64,000 nucleotides of DNA from Cyanobacteriota bacterium (GTDB lineage: Bacteria > Cyanobacteriota > Cyanobacteriia > Cyanobacteriales > Nostocaceae), in contig JBJOKS010000003.1 in NCBI GenBank assembly GCA_046045965.1, positions 128,001 to 192,000 of the forward strand. Direction: 5' to 3'. A program made the position numbers and the translations under genes. Of the stretch, positions 1 to 10,008 are shown piece by piece; position 1 is the stretch's first letter; each line of letters starts with the position of its first letter. Below the pieces are notes generated by a model, which worked only from the letters and a program-made list of their open reading frames with translations, made no database searches and had not been told where the DNA came from.

Positions 1-1291
1 GAACTGAAGGTTGCTCACCAATAATATTTTCTAACTCAGGAATAACATCAATAATGACTTGTGCTTGCTCTCCCAATGCTGATAAAATCTTACTTTTCCA
101 TGCTTGTAAATGCTCGGTATTTTCGGTTAAAAGTTGTTGCAATAAACTCTGCAATGCTTTTAATAAAGCCGAAAAAGGAATATTGCGTTGGAATTGATCA
201 TATTTACCAGCAACAAAATAACCATTTTGACGGATAATAGGTTTATGAATTTCATTAATGACAGCAGTTTTACCAATACCAGAATAACCAGCAACTAGCA
301 TTAATTCTTTATTATTATTGCTGATTCTTTCAAAAGCATTCAACAAAGTTAAAATTTCATTTTCTCGACCATAAATTTTGTCAGAAATTATAAATCTGTC
401 GGCTATATCTCCTTGTCCTAAGTCAAAATAGCAAATTTCACCCTGACTTAATAACATCCGTTGACATATTTCTAAATCATATCTAATTCCCTTGGCAGTT
501 TGATATCTTTCCTCCGGGGTTTTTGCCATTAATTTCAGAATCATATCTGCAACAATCTCAGGAATTTGGGGATTAATTTCCCTGGGATTATTAGGTGCTT
601 TTGCAAGATGGCAATGCACCAATTCTAAAGGATTATTACTAATAAAAGGTAATTGTCCTGTGAGTAATTCATAAAATGTCACACCTAAAGAATAAAAATC
701 AGTCCTGTAGTCTATCCCACGATTCATTCTTCCCGTTTGTTCCGGTGACATATAGGGAAGTGTTCCTTCTAATACATTCGGGTTTTTAATTTCCGCGACT
801 TCTTTAGGTAATAGACAAGAAATACTAAAATCTATCAGCTTAATTTTCTTAGTTTCTGGATTAATAATAATATTTTTTGTCTTGACATCTTTATGAATAA
901 TTTTCTTTTCATACAAAAACTCTAATGCCTGAACAATGGGAATAGCAATAGTTAAAAATAAATCTAATGCCAATGGTTGCGACTTAGCATATTGATGGAG
1001 AGAGATACCGCCAATATCCTCTACAATTAGGGCATAACTATTACCATAAGATTCTAGACCATAGCATTTTATGATATGAGGATGGTCTATTTGTTGAGTA
1101 ATAGTGAACTGATTCTTTAAAGATATCAATTCATGTAGTTGGGGATATTGTGCGTTTAAAATTTTGATGATTACAGGAGTCTTGGTCTGCTCTTGCTCAC
1201 CACGATATACAGTAGTTCTTGTGCTAATATGAATGACTTCAATAATTCGATAACCAGGAATGGTGATAGCAGAGATGTTACTCTTGCTCAT
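1..1291 (-). CDS. Ser/Thr protein kinase fused to AAA ATPase (HstK-type multidomain kinase); C-terminal part runs off window
   Basis: Not in ORF track; manual translation from ATG at 1291: MSKSNISAITIPGYRIIEVIH...IHKDVKTKNI...LIDFSIS...YMSPEQTGRMNRGIDYRTDFYSLG...LVAGYSGIGKT (Walker A). Confidence 0.92.
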   Translation of the reverse strand, partial: MSKSNISAITIPGYRIIEVIHISTRTTVYRGEQEQTKTPVIIKILNAQYPQLHELISLKNQFTITQQIDHPHIIKCYGLESYGNSYALIVEDIGGISLHQYAKSQPLALDLFLTIAIPIVQALEFLYEKKIIHKDVKTKNIIINPETKKIKLIDFSISCLLPKEVAEIKNPNVLEGTLPYMSPEQTGRMNRGIDYRTDFYSLGVTFYELLTGQLPFISNNPLELVHCHLAKAPNNPREINPQIPEIVADMILKLMAKTPEERYQTAKGIRYDLEICQRMLLSQGEICYFDLGQGDIADRFIISDKIYGRENEILTLLNAFERISNNNKELMLVAGYSGIGKTAVINEIHKPIIRQNGYFVAGKYDQFQRNIPFSALLKALQSLLQQLLTENTEHLQAWKSKILSALGEQAQVIIDVIPELENIIGEQPSV

Positions 1292-1369
1292 AGGTTTGAC
1301 AATGAAGAATTGGTAATTGGTAAAAGTTAGGTTTATTAGACATAGACTAAATGGTTTATTTAACCCTTC

Positions 1370-1396
1370 TAGAGACGTTGAATATAACGTCTCCAC
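1370..1396. repeat. short palindromic dispersed repeat (REP/SDR-like)
   Basis: TAGAGACGTTG-AATA-TAACGTCTCCAC imperfect palindrome typical of Nostocales small dispersed repeats. Confidence 0.6.
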
Positions 1397-1466
1397 ATTA
1401 TTCACGAAATGTTTATTTCATCGGCAATATATTAGCTGATAGCTAAGGGATGAATGCTTAAAAGTA

Positions 1467-1820
1467 TTAACCAAAAGTTGTACCATTCCAGCCCCACATT
1501 ACACCTTTAGCATCAGCAAACTCGATATAAATTCTATTCTTTGGAACACCCAAACAAGAGTTAATTTGTTGACAGAACTCCTGACTCATAGCTGAAGTTT
1601 GTTCAGGCTTCATTGTGCCAACACTTTTGATTTCAATATAGCAAACTGGGTCTGTAGTTCCTGCAAAAGTCATGGGTGTTTCTGGTTCAAAAGCTGTCAT
1701 TACATAAGATTCAGGTTTACCTGTATGTTTAGCTAACTTGGCTGACAGACCTTTGAGCATTGATTCAATTTCAGCTTTTGCTGGAGCAGCTACAGAAGTT
1801 TGGATTTTAATTAATGGCAT
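1467..1820 (-). CDS. MIF / phenylpyruvate tautomerase family protein
   Basis: MPLIKIQTS start (catalytic Pro follows the initiator Met), GKPESYVM, RIYIEF, WGWNGTTF; ATG at 1820 preferred over TTG at 1841. Confidence 0.9.
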   Translation of the reverse strand: MPLIKIQTSVAAPAKAEIESMLKGLSAKLAKHTGKPESYVMTAFEPETPMTFAGTTDPVCYIEIKSVGTMKPEQTSAMSQEFCQQINSCLGVPKNRIYIEFADAKGVMWGWNGTTFG

Positions 1821-2002
1821 AATCAACAATTCACAATTCAAAATTGATAGAGCAGAAATGATGACAAAATCAAAGGAATAATTTTAATAATCTTGAAATT
1901 AATCCTTGTCATCCTAGAATTTTGAAATCTTTCCCCAAAGTTCACAATTGCTAACCACAGATAGCAGCAATTATTCTTGTAATTGTACTTCTTTTTGCCG
2001 AT

Positions 2003-2791
2003 TCAGTGATGAGATGACCGAAATAAGTGATTATGTTCAGGATGATATAAACGCGATCGCCCTGTCGCTGGTAACAGTGCAGGACTAATTATATAAAGTG
2101 TAGTCCGTAATAATTGTTCCTGTTGAGTACATTCTGCCATTTTGTCAAGAGGAACAACCCGGATTTTTTCATCAGGCCACCCAATACGAAAGCAAATAGC
2201 GACTTGGGTTTGTGCTGGGTAATGTTCTAAGAGTTGAGCTTGAGCATTGGTAACATGACGCGCACTCAAATACAAGCACAAACTGGCCTGATGTGCAGCT
2301 AAACTGGCTAATTCTTCTCTAGTTGGTACTTCTGTGCGTCCACTGATGCGGGTGAGGATAATAGTTTGTACTAAACCAGGGACAGTTAACTCAACGTTGA
2401 GTTTAGCGGCAGCAGCTTGAAAGGCGCTAATACCAGGGATAATCTCAAAAGGAATATTAGCCTCGGCCAAAAGCTGCATTTGTTCATGGATAGCACTGTA
2501 GAGACTGGGATCACCAGAATGAAGACGCACCACAGATTTTTGCGATCGCACTGCTGTCACCATCACTGGTAAAATCTCTTCTAAAGTCTTATTTGCCGTT
2601 CTCATAATCTCGGCATCTTCACGACAGATATCTAAAATCTGTTCGGGAATTAAAGAATCAGCAAATAAAATCACATCAGCCCTAGCGAGAAGTTTCTGAG
2701 CCTTAACCGTTAATAAATCTGGATCTCCAGGACCTGCACCCACAATGTACACGGCTGATTCTAAGGTAGAACTCAAACTTATATTACTCAT
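2003..2791 (-). CDS. cobM: precorrin-4 C11-methyltransferase
   Basis: VGAGPGDPDLLTVKA, RLHSGDPSLYSAIHEQ, ELTVPGLVQTIILTR, LYHPEH motifs. Confidence 0.95.
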   Translation of the reverse strand: MSNISLSSTLESAVYIVGAGPGDPDLLTVKAQKLLARADVILFADSLIPEQILDICREDAEIMRTANKTLEEILPVMVTAVRSQKSVVRLHSGDPSLYSAIHEQMQLLAEANIPFEIIPGISAFQAAAAKLNVELTVPGLVQTIILTRISGRTEVPTREELASLAAHQASLCLYLSARHVTNAQAQLLEHYPAQTQVAICFRIGWPDEKIRVVPLDKMAECTQQEQLLRTTLYIISPALLPATGRSRLYHPEHNHLFRSSHH

Positions 2792-2869
2792 ATTTTCAGT
2801 ATATTCATTTATGCCATCTCACACAATAATCCAGCTGCAAAAAAAATTTTGGCATTTCTTGACTACCCT

Positions 2870-2897
2870 TCCGGATTAACTCCCTTTGCCTAGTAGA
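2870..2897 (+). promoter_or_regulatory. DIF1-type heterocyst-specific promoter (TCCGGA-N17-GTAGA)
   Basis: TCCGGA at 2870-2875 and GTAGA at 2893-2897, about 8 nt before the sRNA-like sequence at 2905. Confidence 0.7.
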
Positions 2898-2904
2898 GAG
2901 ATAT

Positions 2905-2955
2905 GGTAGATGCACCCTGGTTAAGCCCTAGAGAGAACTCTGGGGCATTTTTTAT
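2905..2955 (+). ncRNA. nsiR1: probable NsiR1-family small RNA (single copy)
   Basis: 5' GGTAGATGCACCCTG matches my recollection of the NsiR1 5' end; DIF1 promoter upstream; 9-bp hairpin GCCCTAGAG-AGAA-CTCTGGGGC (2925-2946) followed by a T-tract. Confidence 0.7.
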
Positions 2956-2959
2956 TTTT

Positions 2960-3095
2960 AGTCATTAATCATTAATCATTAATCATTAGTCATTAGTCAT
3001 TAGTTAGGAGTCAGGAGTCAGAAGTCAGGATAATAAGAATACATTTCTTCCCCAGTCCCCAATCACCAGTCCCCAATCACCAGTCCCTAGTCCCC
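2960..3095. repeat. STRR heptamer tracts (TCATTAA/TCATTAG, GGAGTCA, CAGTCCC/CAATCAC)
   Basis: Tandem heptamers visible directly. Confidence 0.9.
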
Positions 3096-3953
3096 GTCAC
3101 CTTTAGAGGGGTAAACGACATCAGGTAAAGGGCGTTTGATTAAATAAAGCCAAGCTAAACCTGCTAATCCTAAAGTAATTCCTGTTAAACTGACCATCTG
3201 CGCTATCCGTAGCGGACCTAACATCAAGCTATCTGTGCGTAAGCCTTCAATCCAAAATCGTCCCAAGCTGTAGGCTACCCAGTACACTAAAAATAAAGTT
3301 CCCACTTTAAGCCGTGGTTTACCCGATAAAGCGCGAAAAAATAAAGTCAGCAGCAAGGCAAAAACCATTAAATTCCACAGAGATTCGTAGAGAAAAGTCG
3401 GATGGAAATATTCAAAATTAACTAAGCTGGGGGGACGACGATCTGGCGGAATATAAAGCTTCCAAGGTAAATCTGTCGGTCTGCCAAAAGCTTCAGAATT
3501 GAAGAAATTACCCCAACGTCCGATCGCTTGCCCTAAAATCAGCGAAGGAGCTACTAAATCTGCTAATTGCCAAAAAGACATCTTTTTGAGTTTGGCAAAG
3601 ATTAACGCCGCTGCTACACCGCCAATAATTGCTCCATGAATGGCAATACCCCCCTGCCAAATGGCAATGATCCGCTCTGGATGCTGGGAATATTCTGGCC
3701 ATTGAAATAAAACATAATATAACCTCGCTGCGGGAATAGCACCAATAACCAGCCAAATTGACAAATCACTGATCAACTCTGGATTCACGTGACGACGCTT
3801 TGCCAGATATTGAGAAAGGCTTACACCAATCAATACGGCTGAGGCAATTAACAGGCCATACCAGCGGATAACCACTGGACCAAGTTCAAATATAATTGGT
3901 CCTGGAGAAGTAAATTGAAATCCCAAGATCAAAGCAGAAAAATCCAGTGCCAT
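3087..3953 (-). CDS. lgt: prolipoprotein diacylglyceryl transferase
   Basis: [37 protein letters not shown]. Confidence 0.97.
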   Translation of the reverse strand: MALDFSALILGFQFTSPGPIIFELGPVVIRWYGLLIASAVLIGVSLSQYLAKRRHVNPELISDLSIWLVIGAIPAARLYYVLFQWPEYSQHPERIIAIWQGGIAIHGAIIGGVAAALIFAKLKKMSFWQLADLVAPSLILGQAIGRWGNFFNSEAFGRPTDLPWKLYIPPDRRPPSLVNFEYFHPTFLYESLWNLMVFALLLTLFFRALSGKPRLKVGTLFLVYWVAYSLGRFWIEGLRTDSLMLGPLRIAQMVSLTGITLGLAGLAWLYLIKRPLPDVVYPSKGDGD

Positions 3954-4019
3954 GCAGAATTACCTAAAAAAGTTGATTGACTACTGCTATTTTCTCGACC
4001 TCAACATCATAAGCTGGAA

Positions 4020-5340
4020 TTGACACTCTCACGCCGTAAAACGGCGGAGATTCTTAAGAGATATAAATCCTTAAAGGGTTAGCCAAAAACCCGCTACACA
4101 CTCGCTCAAAATTGAGTCTGTGCTTACTTTTAACCAAAATATTAGCACTCCCATTAATATCGGCAGAAACCAGATGTTTATCCTTTGTCTGATACAAACC
4201 CCGTTTAATTCTTTTACCAGAAAAGTTATGTTGACTGGGGTTGTCGGCATTGTAAACAGGAATTTCATCTTGGTCGTAAAAACTGGCTTTAGACGAGTAA
4301 GATTCCTCTTGTTCTAAGCATTCAATCCCGTATCGAGAACACAAAGCCTTAAGTTTTTGTCTCAGTTGCCAGAAGGGAATTTGAACAAAGTTTTGATTAT
4401 TAGAGTGACCGATATTAATCTCTTGTTTGATACCTGGGTTATATCCAACTATCAATTTACCGATTTGATAAATCAGGCAATGGTTAATGATAGTGCGAGC
4501 CGACTTATTCAGATAATCTCGAATAGAATCATTGCGCCATTGATTAAGCTGTGCTTGCTTATTGGTCAATCCTTTAATATTTTGCCTATCTTTATAAGAT
4601 TGAAGTTCGGCATTACGCTTGTTATACCAATGATTAATGCTTTTAAGTCTTTTTCCATCAATCAGAAATTGATGCCCTTGAGTGTCAAAACAAGCTGCCA
4701 GGTTATCTACTCCCAAATCAATAGCAATAGCTTTCTTAGAATCAGCCAATGTTTCTATTTTTTCATCCTCATAAATATACTCAATCTCAAACCATCGAGC
4801 CGAGTATTTGGGATGTATTCGTACCTCCTTAATATTCTTATCTTTGAGTCTTTCAGGAAGTTGGATTTTTACCTCGCCATATTCTTTTTTAAACTCATTA
4901 GACATAGGAATACTAAACACTCCATTCTTAAGTTTAATCCTCGGAATAATCAGAGGGAAATATCCATCTTTTGGCAAGTATTTAGGCAGTTGTGGTTTTT
5001 GATCACAGCGTCCTATGCTCATCGCTGTCAGAAGTCCTACAAAAGACCTCATACTTCTATCTACTACCTTCATTGTCTGTTGGGCAATATCAGTATTCAG
5101 AAGCCGATAGTTCTCATTAGACTTGCAGATATGGTAGTTAGATTCGTAAGTCAAGCGTTTTCTTTGAGCAAAGAAATACTGTCTGCATTCGTACAATGCC
5201 ACATTAAACAGATTTTTACTCAAACGACACAAAGCGGTCAGGGCGTTAAATTCCTGTCGGCTAAGTCTTCTGAGTTGGTTTTTCTGAGTGGCGTACATAA
5301 TTAAATGGTTTCACTATATCTTTATTATATAGCGAAAACT
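4020..5340 (-). mobile_element. IS200/IS605-family (IS1341-like, tnpA-less) element
   Basis: On the minus strand: left-end hairpin TTTCGCTATAT-AATAAAG-ATATAGTGAAA just after TCAT (5344-5341); right-end hairpin CGCCGT-TTT-ACGGCG followed by terminal TCAA at 4023-4020; encodes tnpB only. Confidence 0.8.
4054..5298 (-). CDS. tnpB: RNA-guided endonuclease TnpB
   Basis: N-terminal HTH-like region, RuvC-I AIDLGVDNLA, QEESYSSK, RuvC-III ADINGSANI. Confidence 0.93.
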   Translation of the reverse strand: MYATQKNQLRRLSRQEFNALTALCRLSKNLFNVALYECRQYFFAQRKRLTYESNYHICKSNENYRLLNTDIAQQTMKVVDRSMRSFVGLLTAMSIGRCDQKPQLPKYLPKDGYFPLIIPRIKLKNGVFSIPMSNEFKKEYGEVKIQLPERLKDKNIKEVRIHPKYSARWFEIEYIYEDEKIETLADSKKAIAIDLGVDNLAACFDTQGHQFLIDGKRLKSINHWYNKRNAELQSYKDRQNIKGLTNKQAQLNQWRNDSIRDYLNKSARTIINHCLIYQIGKLIVGYNPGIKQEINIGHSNNQNFVQIPFWQLRQKLKALCSRYGIECLEQEESYSSKASFYDQDEIPVYNADNPSQHNFSGKRIKRGLYQTKDKHLVSADINGSANILVKSKHRLNFERVCSGFLANPLRIYIS

Positions 5341-5346
5341 ATGAAG

Positions 5347-5516
5347 GTGATTGGGGACTGGTGAGTGGTGAGTGGTGACTGGTGACTGGTGACTGGGGAA
5401 GAAAATTTTAGATTTTAGATTTTAGATTTTAGATTGGAGTTAACAAAATCCAAACTCCAAACTCCAAACTCCAAAATCCAAAATTAATAACTCCTGCCTC
5501 CTGCCTCCTGCCTCCT
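5347..5516. repeat. STRR tracts (GGTGACT, TTTTAGA, CCAAACT, CTCCTGC)
   Basis: Several adjacent tandem heptamer arrays. Confidence 0.9.
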
Positions 5517-5557
5517 GTATGTCGCTATAATTACCTCAAGCTGTTTAATTGATATAA

Positions 5558-6109
5558 ATGATTGCTATTTATCCGGGGAGCTTTGATCCTATCACCTTGG
5601 GACACCTTGATATCATTCAGCGCGGTAGTCGGCTGTTTGACGAGGTAATAGTGGCTGTATTGCGAAATCCTAATAAAATGCCACTATTTACAGTGCAACA
5701 ACGGTTAGAACAAATTCGTCTGGCTACAAAACATTTACCTAATGTGGAAGTAGACAGCTTTGATGGGCTGACAGTTAACTATGCCCAAATGCGACAAGCA
5801 CAAGTTTTGTTACGTGGGTTACGAGCAGTTTCCGATTTTGAGATCGAGCTACAAATGGCTCACACTAATAAAACACTTTCCACTCAGATTGAAACAGTTT
5901 TTCTGGCCACCTCCAACGAGTATAGTTTTTTAAGTAGTAGTGTGGTAAAAGAGATTGCAAAGTTTGGTGGCTCTGTCGATCATCTTGTTCCCCCACACAT
6001 TGCCCTGGATATATACCAATGCTACAACCAAAACTCTCCAACCCTGAACCCAATCACAACGGAAAAAATGTCCCACCTCCAGAAAATCCCACCGGACAAG
6101 GAGGTGTAG
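5558..6109 (+). CDS. coaD: phosphopantetheine adenylyltransferase
   Basis: [37 protein letters not shown]. Confidence 0.97.
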   Translation: MIAIYPGSFDPITLGHLDIIQRGSRLFDEVIVAVLRNPNKMPLFTVQQRLEQIRLATKHLPNVEVDSFDGLTVNYAQMRQAQVLLRGLRAVSDFEIELQMAHTNKTLSTQIETVFLATSNEYSFLSSSVVKEIAKFGGSVDHLVPPHIALDIYQCYNQNSPTLNPITTEKMSHLQKIPPDKEV

Positions 6110-6693
6110 ATATTCTGCAAGAACTCAACCGTCTAGAGGATATGGTTCTCTCTAGTCTGAGAATTCCGCTGACAGGACGGACGCTAGTAGATGAAGACAA
6201 GCTGCTAGAACAGCTTGATTTTGTGCGTGTTTCTTTACCGTTCGTGTTTCAGGAAGCAGCAGAACTCCTGCAACAAAAGGAGGAAATTATGCTGGAAGCA
6301 GAGGAATATGGACAGCAGGTGGTGGAAGCAGCACAGGCTAAAAGAGCGCAAATTTTGGCTGATAGCGATATTATCAGACAGGCTGAACGGGAGGCTGAAC
6401 AACTGCGTCGTCAAGTGCAGCAAGAGTGTGACGCGATGATGCAAGATACTTTGGCAGAAATTGAGCAGAAGCGACGTGCTTGTATGCAAGAATTGGAGGA
6501 AATGAGACAAAGTGCGATCGCTCAAGCTCAAGAAATTGAAGATGGTGCTGATCAATATGCTGATAATGTCCTGGAAAATATCGAGCAGGATCTTCAGGAA
6601 ATGTTACGAATTATTACTAATGGGCGGTTACAACTGCGAGGAGACATACCAAAGCAGCGTAATTCATCCCATCCCAAAAAAAATAGCAGGTGA
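6019..6693 (+). CDS. DivIVA-like coiled-coil cell division protein (Cdv3-like)
   Basis: Long coiled coil, [27 protein letters not shown]; overlaps the coaD 3' end as in other cyanobacteria. Confidence 0.75.
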   Translation: MLQPKLSNPEPNHNGKNVPPPENPTGQGGVDILQELNRLEDMVLSSLRIPLTGRTLVDEDKLLEQLDFVRVSLPFVFQEAAELLQQKEEIMLEAEEYGQQVVEAAQAKRAQILADSDIIRQAEREAEQLRRQVQQECDAMMQDTLAEIEQKRRACMQELEEMRQSAIAQAQEIEDGADQYADNVLENIEQDLQEMLRIITNGRLQLRGDIPKQRNSSHPKKNSR

Positions 6694-6812
6694 AAGTCTA
6701 TTTGTGTCTTTTGTTTTCTAGTGATTTTCAGTTAAATGAGATACAAATATCAATCACAAAGCCTTGCATCTAAAAGGTTTTATTGCTGACCGATGAAAGC
6801 TCCTGTTAAGTT

Positions 6813-7789
6813 ATGCACAATTTATCTATTTTTAGATTTAAAAGTATTACCCATCGGTTGATATTTAGTTGTGTTGCCGCAGCGATCGCAATTTATGGGG
6901 TTTCCTATTGGCACGCCCGCCAATTGATGTACAAAACGGTAGGTACTTGGTTAATAGATTTATCTCAGTCTCGAATTGACACTGTAGCAAATGAGATAGA
7001 AGGAAAACTGCAAGCCATCGAGCGCAGTATTCTATTGTCAACAAAATCGTTTAATAACCAGAACTGTCACTTCTACAAATTGGATTGTCGGCATCACATT
7101 TCCTGCTGCCAAATCAGAATAGTTACAACAACAATACCTGTGGTTGGTAATTGCTTCTATGTCTAAGGATATGGTGTTGATGTGTATAGTGATTGCTTTT
7201 ATTTCTCAACTGACAATCCGCCCTCTGCGTCAACTCAATACCAGCACACAGGAAATGGCACAGGGCAACCTAGATACCATTTTACCTGAAGTGACTTCCG
7301 ATGATGAAGTGGGGCGGTTAACTCAATCTTTTCGGCGAATGCGCGACTGTTTACAACTTTATATCAGGAACCTGCAAGAGACAACTGCGGCTAAACAAAA
7401 ATTAGAAAGCGAACTTTCCATCGCTGCCCAAATTCAGCGCACAATGGTTCCTAAAACCACTGTAGATAAGAGTTGCAATTCACCATATCAGATATCTGCC
7501 CTGCTGAAACCAGCGCGGATTGTGGGTGGTGATCTATATGACTTTTTTCTCTTGGGAAGCGATCGCCTTGGTTTTTATCTCCAGTGCGGGACTGAGAGTA
7601 TTTGCCAAGGCGCGAAAAACTATGACATCCAGAAAAGGCAAAGTATACTTTACCCATCTTACCCCGCAAGTGAAGAAAGTCTTTGACATTGTTAAAGCTG
7701 TACTGCTGGCTGAAGTGTTTGCCAATATTCAGGAATTAGATGCTTACTTGGAAGCTATGCAAGCAGGTGTCAATAAAGAAAGCAATTAA
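6813..7789 (+). pseudogene. fragmented sensor-HAMP-SpoIIE/PP2C phosphatase fused by deletion to the 3' half of a STAS anti-anti-sigma gene
   Basis: TM plus truncated periplasmic part, frame change near 7060, in-frame TAG at 7120-7122, HAMP and ELSIAAQIQ...VGGDLYDFF, then switch near 7566 to another frame reading LVFISSAGLRVF...VKKVFDI. Confidence 0.85.
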
Positions 7790-8108
7790 AAACACAATCA
7801 AATCAAAGCCTAAACGAACCAATATTAGTATTTACTGATACAAAAAAGCCAATAATAAGCTGTTCTCGAAATAATCGGGTCTAAAACCGGACTTCGTCCA
7901 AAGGTTTTGGAGCGGAGTATAAATCCCCGTACAATAGGCCTCCTGCCTCCTACCTTCGTTAAAGCATCGCGCGTGGATGAGGAAAAAATCGCCTTTAAGA
8001 ATTACCTGGGAAGCCGCAACTTCACCGAAGACCAGTGTGGGTAGTTCACAATTAGACTTTGTTATTTTAAACTGTGTTGAAAATACCGTAAACAGGTACA
8101 TCAAAAAC

Positions 8109-9830
8109 ATGAAATTTAGGGGTTTTTACATCTCTCCTCTATCTTTAGGCAGTAGTCTCACAGTTTTATTAGTGATTGCTAGTAGTTCCATTGTGCTACC
8201 CAGTCAGGTTAATGCTGGTTTTACTTCCAGTGTAATTGCACAAATTCCAGCCAGTGCCACAGTAATTTATGTAAATCCTGTAATTGGTCAAGATCGCAGT
8301 GGTCTTGGTTTTACCGCAGAAGCGCCCTACAAAACCATTACCTTTGCTCTCTCCCAGGCCAGAGCAAATACAGTGATTCAACTTGCTCCTGGTAGCTATA
8401 CCAAGGACACTGGGGAAACTTTCCCTTTACTGCTCAAACCAGGAGTAATACTACTGGGTAATGAATCTAGCAAAGGTCAAGGAACAGTAATTATAGGTGG
8501 TGGTTTTTACACAAGTCGTACTTTTGCTAGACAAGATGTCACAATATTGGCAGAAAATAACGCCACGATTACAGGGCTAACAGTTACTAATCCCAATCAA
8601 CGTGGTACTGCTGTGTGGGTAGAGTCAACTAATCCCATTATCAAAAACAATACTTTTTCCAACAGTGTCAGAGAAGGGGTTTTTGTTACAGGTACAGGAA
8701 ATCCCAAAATTGAAAATAACATCTTCTTCAAAAATGGAGGTAATGGGGTTTCTGTAGCTAGGTCTGCTCAAGGTGAAATTAGAAATAACACCTTTGAAGA
8801 TACTGGTTTTGGTTTAGCCATTGGTGGAACTTCCACACCCTTAGTAGAAGGAAACCAAATTCTCCAAAACCAAGATGGTCTTTTTATCTCCGAATCTGCT
8901 AGACCTATTCTGCGTAGGAATGTAATTCAGAACAATAAGCGGGATGGTATTGTTGCCACTGTCGATGCTCTTCCCAACCTTGGCACTAATGACAGTCCTG
9001 GTGGTAATCTAATTAGAAATAACGCTCGTCACGACTTGAATAATGGCACTAGAACTAACCGCATTCTTGCTATTGGCAATGATATTGATCAACAGCGAAT
9101 TGTGGGTGCAGTAGATTTTGTCGCTGCTACTGTTACTCCTCCCACTGATGTTGGTGGTGGTAGTAGTAGTGGTGGTAGTAGTAGTGGTGGTAGTAGTAGT
9201 GGTAGTAGTAGTGGTGGTACTGGTAGTGGTATTAGTGTAGGTTCTACAGGATTTCAGGATGTTCCTACAGGTTATTGGGCAAAAACTTACATTGAAGCTT
9301 TAGCTGCCCAAAATATTATTGCAGGTTTTCCTGATGGTAGTTTTAAGCCTAATGATCCGGTAACTCGCGCCCAATTTGCAACAATTATCACCAAAGCTTT
9401 GACACCGATTTCTAAACGTCCAGCCATTCAATTTAGGGATGTGCAAAGCAATTTTTGGGCGCATGGAGCAATTCAAGCAGCTTATCAAAGTCAATTTGTA
9501 GCTGGGTATCCTGATGGTACTTTTAAACCACAGCAACAAATTCCTAGAGTACAGGCTTTAGTTGCTTTAGCTAATGGTTTGAATTTTACTGCTAACAATA
9601 ACAATATTGTCAGCGTTTACACTGATGCTGCTCAAATTCCCAATTATGCAATTGGACCTGTTGCTGCTGCTACTTTTAGGCAATTGGTGATTAATTATCC
9701 AACGGTGCAACAACTTGATCCTAATCGTCAGGCCACCAGAGCAGAAATTGCTGCTTTTGTCTATCAAGCTCTTGTGAGTATTGGTAGAGCGCAACCTATT
9801 CCTTCTCCTTATTTAGTCACTGCTCAATAA
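8109..9830 (+). CDS. DUF1565 / right-handed beta-helix protein with C-terminal SLH domains
   Basis: Signal-like N-terminus from ATG 8109, PYKTITFAL...GETFPL, parallel beta-helix repeats, Gly/Ser linker, SLH motifs [19 protein letters not shown] and GYPDGTFKP. Confidence 0.9.
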   Translation: MKFRGFYISPLSLGSSLTVLLVIASSSIVLPSQVNAGFTSSVIAQIPASATVIYVNPVIGQDRSGLGFTAEAPYKTITFALSQARANTVIQLAPGSYTKDTGETFPLLLKPGVILLGNESSKGQGTVIIGGGFYTSRTFARQDVTILAENNATITGLTVTNPNQRGTAVWVESTNPIIKNNTFSNSVREGVFVTGTGNPKIENNIFFKNGGNGVSVARSAQGEIRNNTFEDTGFGLAIGGTSTPLVEGNQILQNQDGLFISESARPILRRNVIQNNKRDGIVATVDALPNLGTNDSPGGNLIRNNARHDLNNGTRTNRILAIGNDIDQQRIVGAVDFVAATVTPPTDVGGGSSSGGSSSGGSSSGSSSGGTGSGISVGSTGFQDVPTGYWAKTYIEALAAQNIIAGFPDGSFKPNDPVTRAQFATIITKALTPISKRPAIQFRDVQSNFWAHGAIQAAYQSQFVAGYPDGTFKPQQQIPRVQALVALANGLNFTANNNNIVSVYTDAAQIPNYAIGPVAAATFRQLVINYPTVQQLDPNRQATRAEIAAFVYQALVSIGRAQPIPSPYLVTAQ

Positions 9831-9840
9831 TTTGTAGTCA

Positions 9841-9998
9841 GAAGGCAGGAGGCAGGAGGCAGGAGGCAGGAGGCAGAAGGCAGGAGGCAGAAGGCAGAAG
9901 GCAGAAAGCAGAAGGAATCTATTTTTCCTCTTTCTTACTCCCTGCTCCCCTGCTCCCCTGCTCCCCCTGCTTCCCCAACTTCCCCTGCCTCCCCTGCT
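9841..9998. repeat. STRR tracts (GGCAGGA/GGCAGAA and CTCCCCTG-type)
   Basis: Tandem 7-9-mers between convergent genes. Confidence 0.9.
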
Positions 9999-10008
9999 TT
10001 CTTTACTG

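Noticed and set aside
2792..2870. Cobalamin riboswitch upstream of cobM (also looked upstream of cobB)
   Set aside because: No B12-box or GGGAA core motifs visible
4357..5304. 315-aa plus-strand ORF
   Set aside because: Antisense shadow of tnpB with no recognisable motifs
6019..6109. 91-bp overlap of coaD and the DivIVA-like gene
   Set aside because: Both frames look genuine and the gene pair is ordinary in cyanobacteria; not evidence of a frameshift
7977..8108. 44-codon N-terminal extension of the SLH protein
   Set aside because: Signal-like sequence begins at ATG 8109; the extension looks like promoter DNA
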